From positions 2,109-66,108 of the forward strand of contig JAWCRZ010000003.1 of NCBI GenBank assembly GCA_038868995.1: DNA of 64,000 nt. Direction: 5' to 3'. The notes beneath the pieces were generated by a model. It did not search any database and was not told the DNA's origin. It saw only the letters and a program-made list of their open reading frames with translations. Made by a program: the position numbers and the translations under genes. Each line of letters opens with the position of its first letter. The stretch's first letter is position 1. Below are positions 61,053-64,000 of the stretch, in pieces. The stretch is from Candidatus Woesearchaeota archaeon. Its GTDB lineage: Archaea > Nanobdellota > Nanobdellia > Woesearchaeales > ARS49.

Positions 61053-62276
61053 ATGCGTTATCAAAAGATTTTCAAAGAGGTTCTTGCCGAAATTGTTCCT
61101 TCAAGGGAAGAGCGCCAGAAATTGTTCAGTCAGGTGAACATGTTTATAGCGGACCTGAACAGGGAACTTGCACGCACTCGTGTCAGCGCTAAGGCGGTGC
61201 TGGGCGGCAGTTATGCCAAGGATACCTGGCTTTCTGGTGATTATGATGTTGACATTTTTGTTAAATTCAACCTTGCCCATAAAGAGCAGAATCTTTCAGA
61301 TATTCTTGAGCGCGCCTTGAAGAAATGGCGGCATGTGCGCATTCATGGTAGCCGTGATTATTTCTGGGTAAGTAATGGCATAAAATATGAAATTGTACCG
61401 GTGCTGGACATTCAGAAAACTGATGATGCTGAGAACGTGACTGATTTTTCTCCTTTGCACGTTGCCTGGGTGAACAGGAAGGGTTCAAGGTTCAAGAATG
61501 ATATCCGTCTGGCGAAAAAATTCTGCAAGGCAAGCAATTGTTATGGTGCTGAGAGCTATATTCGCGGTTTTTCAGGCCACGTGCTTGATATTCTGGTCAT
61601 TTATTACAAGGGCATCATTAATTTGTTAAAAGCAGCCAGGAATTGGAAGCCAAAGGTTGTGCTTGATTATAATAATGTGTACAAGGGCAGGGCTGCAATG
61701 ATGCTTAATAAGAGCAAGATAGAAGGTCCTTTGATTCTGGTTGATCCTGTCCAGCCGGGAAGGAATGCCGCTGCTGCGTTGACGCAGGAAAACTTTGACC
61801 GTTTTGTGGGAGCCGCAAAGAAGTTTCTTAAGAGGCCGAGCAAGGAATTTTTTGTTGAGAAAACCGTTGATTTTTCAGCATTGATAAAGAAAGGTCATCT
61901 TATTTTGGTTAAAGTTAAGACGTTGGACGAAAAGGAGGATGTTGCCGGTACAAAGTTTGTTCGCGCTTTTGAACACGTGCGTGCCCAGCTTGCTGATTTT
62001 AATGTTAAAGACGCTGGTTGGGTATGGGATAGAAGGGAAAACGGTGTCTGGTGGTTTGTTTTGGGCAAAAAGCAATTGCCTGCAATAATCGACTGGCCCG
62101 GCCCTCCGCTCAAGTTCTCTGAAGCTGTAAAAAAGTTCAAGAAAATCCACAAAAAGACATTTGCAAAGAAAGGGCGCGTTTGGGCAAAGGTGAAGCGTGA
62201 GGAAACAACTCCTGAGCAGGTGTTGAAGCGTGTCCTTAATTCCGATTTTGTCAAACAACGGGTGAAAAAAATATGA
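61053..62276 (+). CDS. cca: CCA-adding enzyme, archaeal class I tRNA nucleotidyltransferase
   Basis: GGSYAKDTWLSGDYDVDIFVKF is the nucleotidyltransferase G[SG] and DxD motif. Length is 407 aa with class I architecture. Confidence 0.9.
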   Translation: MRYQKIFKEVLAEIVPSREERQKLFSQVNMFIADLNRELARTRVSAKAVLGGSYAKDTWLSGDYDVDIFVKFNLAHKEQNLSDILERALKKWRHVRIHGSRDYFWVSNGIKYEIVPVLDIQKTDDAENVTDFSPLHVAWVNRKGSRFKNDIRLAKKFCKASNCYGAESYIRGFSGHVLDILVIYYKGIINLLKAARNWKPKVVLDYNNVYKGRAAMMLNKSKIEGPLILVDPVQPGRNAAAALTQENFDRFVGAAKKFLKRPSKEFFVEKTVDFSALIKKGHLILVKVKTLDEKEDVAGTKFVRAFEHVRAQLADFNVKDAGWVWDRRENGVWWFVLGKKQLPAIIDWPGPPLKFSEAVKKFKKIHKKTFAKKGRVWAKVKREETTPEQVLKRVLNSDFVKQRVKKI

Positions 62277-62740
62277 ATCCTCTTCTATGGGCTGCCTTGC
62301 TGAGCATGACTCCTGTTGTTGAGATGCAGGGCGGGATTCCTGTGGCGATTGCTGCCGGCTATCCCATCTGGGTTGCTCTGGCTGTCTGCCTAACTGCAAA
62401 TCTTCTTATTGTTCCTATTTTGTATTTCTTCCTTGAGGTTATTCACACGCGTATTCTGCACGTTAATCATACGTATCAATCCTTGTTTGACAAGGTGATG
62501 GAGCGCACGCGAAGAAAGACGCACAAATTGGTTGAGAAGTATGGGATGTATGGCGTGATTATTCTTGTGGCGCTTCCCGGTCCAGGTACAGGTGCCTACA
62601 CGGCAACGCTCGCCTCCTGGTTTTTTGGTATGAATAAGTGGAAGGCGTTCATCGCTATTTCAATTGGGATGTTTATTGCCGCGCTGGTTATTCTTGCAGC
62701 GACGCTTGGAATTATGAACGGCTGGAAGTTCTTTGCGTAA
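62273..62740 (+). CDS. small membrane protein (COG2426 small multidrug export-like)
   Basis: 155 aa. The N-terminus reads LLSMTPVVEMQGGIPVAIAAG and there are four TM helices. It overlaps cca by ATGA. Confidence 0.55.
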   Translation: MNPLLWAALLSMTPVVEMQGGIPVAIAAGYPIWVALAVCLTANLLIVPILYFFLEVIHTRILHVNHTYQSLFDKVMERTRRKTHKLVEKYGMYGVIILVALPGPGTGAYTATLASWFFGMNKWKAFIAISIGMFIAALVILAATLGIMNGWKFFA

Positions 62741-62792
62741 CTATATTTCAATTTACCAATAATGATTTTAATAAGTGTATTTTTCCAGAAGC

Positions 62793-63776
62793 ATGCACGT
62801 GTTTGACAAGCTTATTCCATTCTTATCAGAGCGTTTGCAGCGCCCCGGTTCTGCTGTTCTTGTCGGCTCTCACGAGCGCATTCCTATAAAGCGTGAGTTG
62901 TTCAGGCAGTTGGCTCCAATAACCAGCTCCCTGCTTGTTTTTGTTGACGGTGGAAATGGCGAAATTGTGAAAGGCCCTAACGTAAGTGTTCAGTTTGTCC
63001 GCTTGTATGCCACGTGGTATGAGCATGGTGTGCGTGTTTCACGGGAGCTGCGAGAAATGTACGTGGCAGTGCTTGCTTTTCAGAAGGGTCTTGACCTTGG
63101 TTTTGAGGCGACAGTTTTCAGCAATGAAGGTGCTGAGATGCAGAAGTTTTCTTTTGATGCGTATGATCCTGCTTTGTCTTTTGCAGGCAGGCGTGCCGAG
63201 CCGTCTGCTGTTGCCAATCACGTGAGAAAGCTTTTGGAGTTTCGTTTTGCTGATGAAATTTGCAGTAAAATGCCTTCTGGTATTTTGGTGCGTGATGGTG
63301 ATTTGGATGCGAGGGGAGAGGTTATGGAGGAGTCGTTTCGGCAGTTGCGTGTCACTGCCTTGCGCAAAAGCGTGGTTGTTCTTGGCTTGTCCAAGACATC
63401 CACGTTGTGCACTGATAGCGGTAATAGCGCGCTTGCCGTGCTGGGAGGGCTTGCGCCTGCTGGTGCGTGGTATTATTATGCTGGCGGGAATGTTGCGTTT
63501 GTGAAATTGCATCCCGGCTCAAGATATGTTTTCCGTTGTGATGTTTTTCCGCACGACCGTGAAAAATTGCCGGGTGCGTTGTCCGCCTTGGCTGCCAATG
63601 CAGCAGACCCTTCTTTGCTTGGCTATCCATATGGTCTTATTGATGCCGACAAATTCGCCCAAGTGACAAAAGATGAAACAGAGCAGCTGAGAGCTCGTTT
63701 TGCAGTGAAGTCAAGGGAGCTTTTCCGCAGTATCGAGGCAGCTGTCAATGCGCATGATGTATTAAACTCCTTCTGA
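62793..63776 (+). CDS. hypothetical protein, weak NurA-like nuclease resemblance
   Basis: The ORF starts at the ATG at 62793. VFVDGGNGEI resembles the NurA N-terminal Asp motif. No HerA partner is visible. The functional call has low confidence. Confidence 0.3.
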   Translation: MHVFDKLIPFLSERLQRPGSAVLVGSHERIPIKRELFRQLAPITSSLLVFVDGGNGEIVKGPNVSVQFVRLYATWYEHGVRVSRELREMYVAVLAFQKGLDLGFEATVFSNEGAEMQKFSFDAYDPALSFAGRRAEPSAVANHVRKLLEFRFADEICSKMPSGILVRDGDLDARGEVMEESFRQLRVTALRKSVVVLGLSKTSTLCTDSGNSALAVLGGLAPAGAWYYYAGGNVAFVKLHPGSRYVFRCDVFPHDREKLPGALSALAANAADPSLLGYPYGLIDADKFAQVTKDETEQLRARFAVKSRELFRSIEAAVNAHDVLNSF

Positions 63777-63835
63777 GTAATTACATATCTTTTTATGTCC
63801 CTTCTCGATAGGTTTGCCAAACGGAGGTTGATACT

Positions 63836-64000
63836 ATGGATGGGAAAGCAGGACATTGGGCATTCTTGATTGGTGTTGTATTGGCGGTTATTACGGGCTT
63901 TGTACCGCAGTTGCAGACGCCTACGGTCACCTGGATTCTGGTGTTGTTGGGTCTGATTGTCGGTTTCCTGAACATTACTGCCAAGGAAACGCAGGAATTC
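63836..64000 (+). CDS. membrane protein, N-terminal fragment running off the right edge
   Basis: The ATG at 63836 gives MDGKAGHWAFLIGVVLAVITGFVPQLQTPTVTWILVLLGLIVGFLNITAKETQEF. It has two hydrophobic helices and the frame is open to the window end. Confidence 0.4.
   Translation, partial: MDGKAGHWAFLIGVVLAVITGFVPQLQTPTVTWILVLLGLIVGFLNITAKETQEF

Overview
This is a gene-dense archaeal chromosome segment. I count about 62 protein genes and 7 tRNAs, and no rRNA, CRISPR array or transposase gene. All calls come from reading motifs by eye; no database search was possible.

Archaeal hallmarks:
- Translation: aIF5B (partial), archaeal AlaRS, SerRS, GatD/GatE, aIF5A with L40e.
- Replication and chromosome: SMC, RNase HII, Orc1/Cdc6, CDC48.
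- RNA processing: RtcB with archease, class I CCA-adding enzyme, TruD.
- A conserved PIN-Rpo7-Spt4-S24e-S27ae operon, plus adenylate, thymidylate and UMP kinases.

Many small secreted or Cys-rich proteins and the tight packing suggest a small-genome, DPANN-like archaeon; that is inference only. Most genes appear leaderless, with a TATA-like box centred about 26 nt upstream of the start codon or tRNA 5' end. ATGA/TAATG start-stop overlaps are common.

Main unexplained signal: a family of 125-142 bp long-hairpin MITE-like elements.
- There are 4 full copies, 2 remnants, and a second family with different termini but a homologous core.
- Four copies carry perfect 9-bp target-site duplications.
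- Every copy lies 0-12 bp upstream of a TATA box. Three of them split back-to-back divergent promoters.
- All full copies carry a central hairpin with T5-T6 tracts on both strands.

Other notable items:
- An initiator tRNA-Met with a 31-nt intron at position 59/60 in a clean bulge-helix-bulge motif, next to a free-standing LAGLIDADG endonuclease gene.
- A HEPN-like (R-x4-H) plus HTH/Zn-ribbon gene pair.
- A tRNA-Thr with a non-canonical D/T-loop elbow.
- A DUF504 gene wedged between gatD and gatE.
- A split Tpa1/OGFOD1-like 2OG-oxygenase pair.
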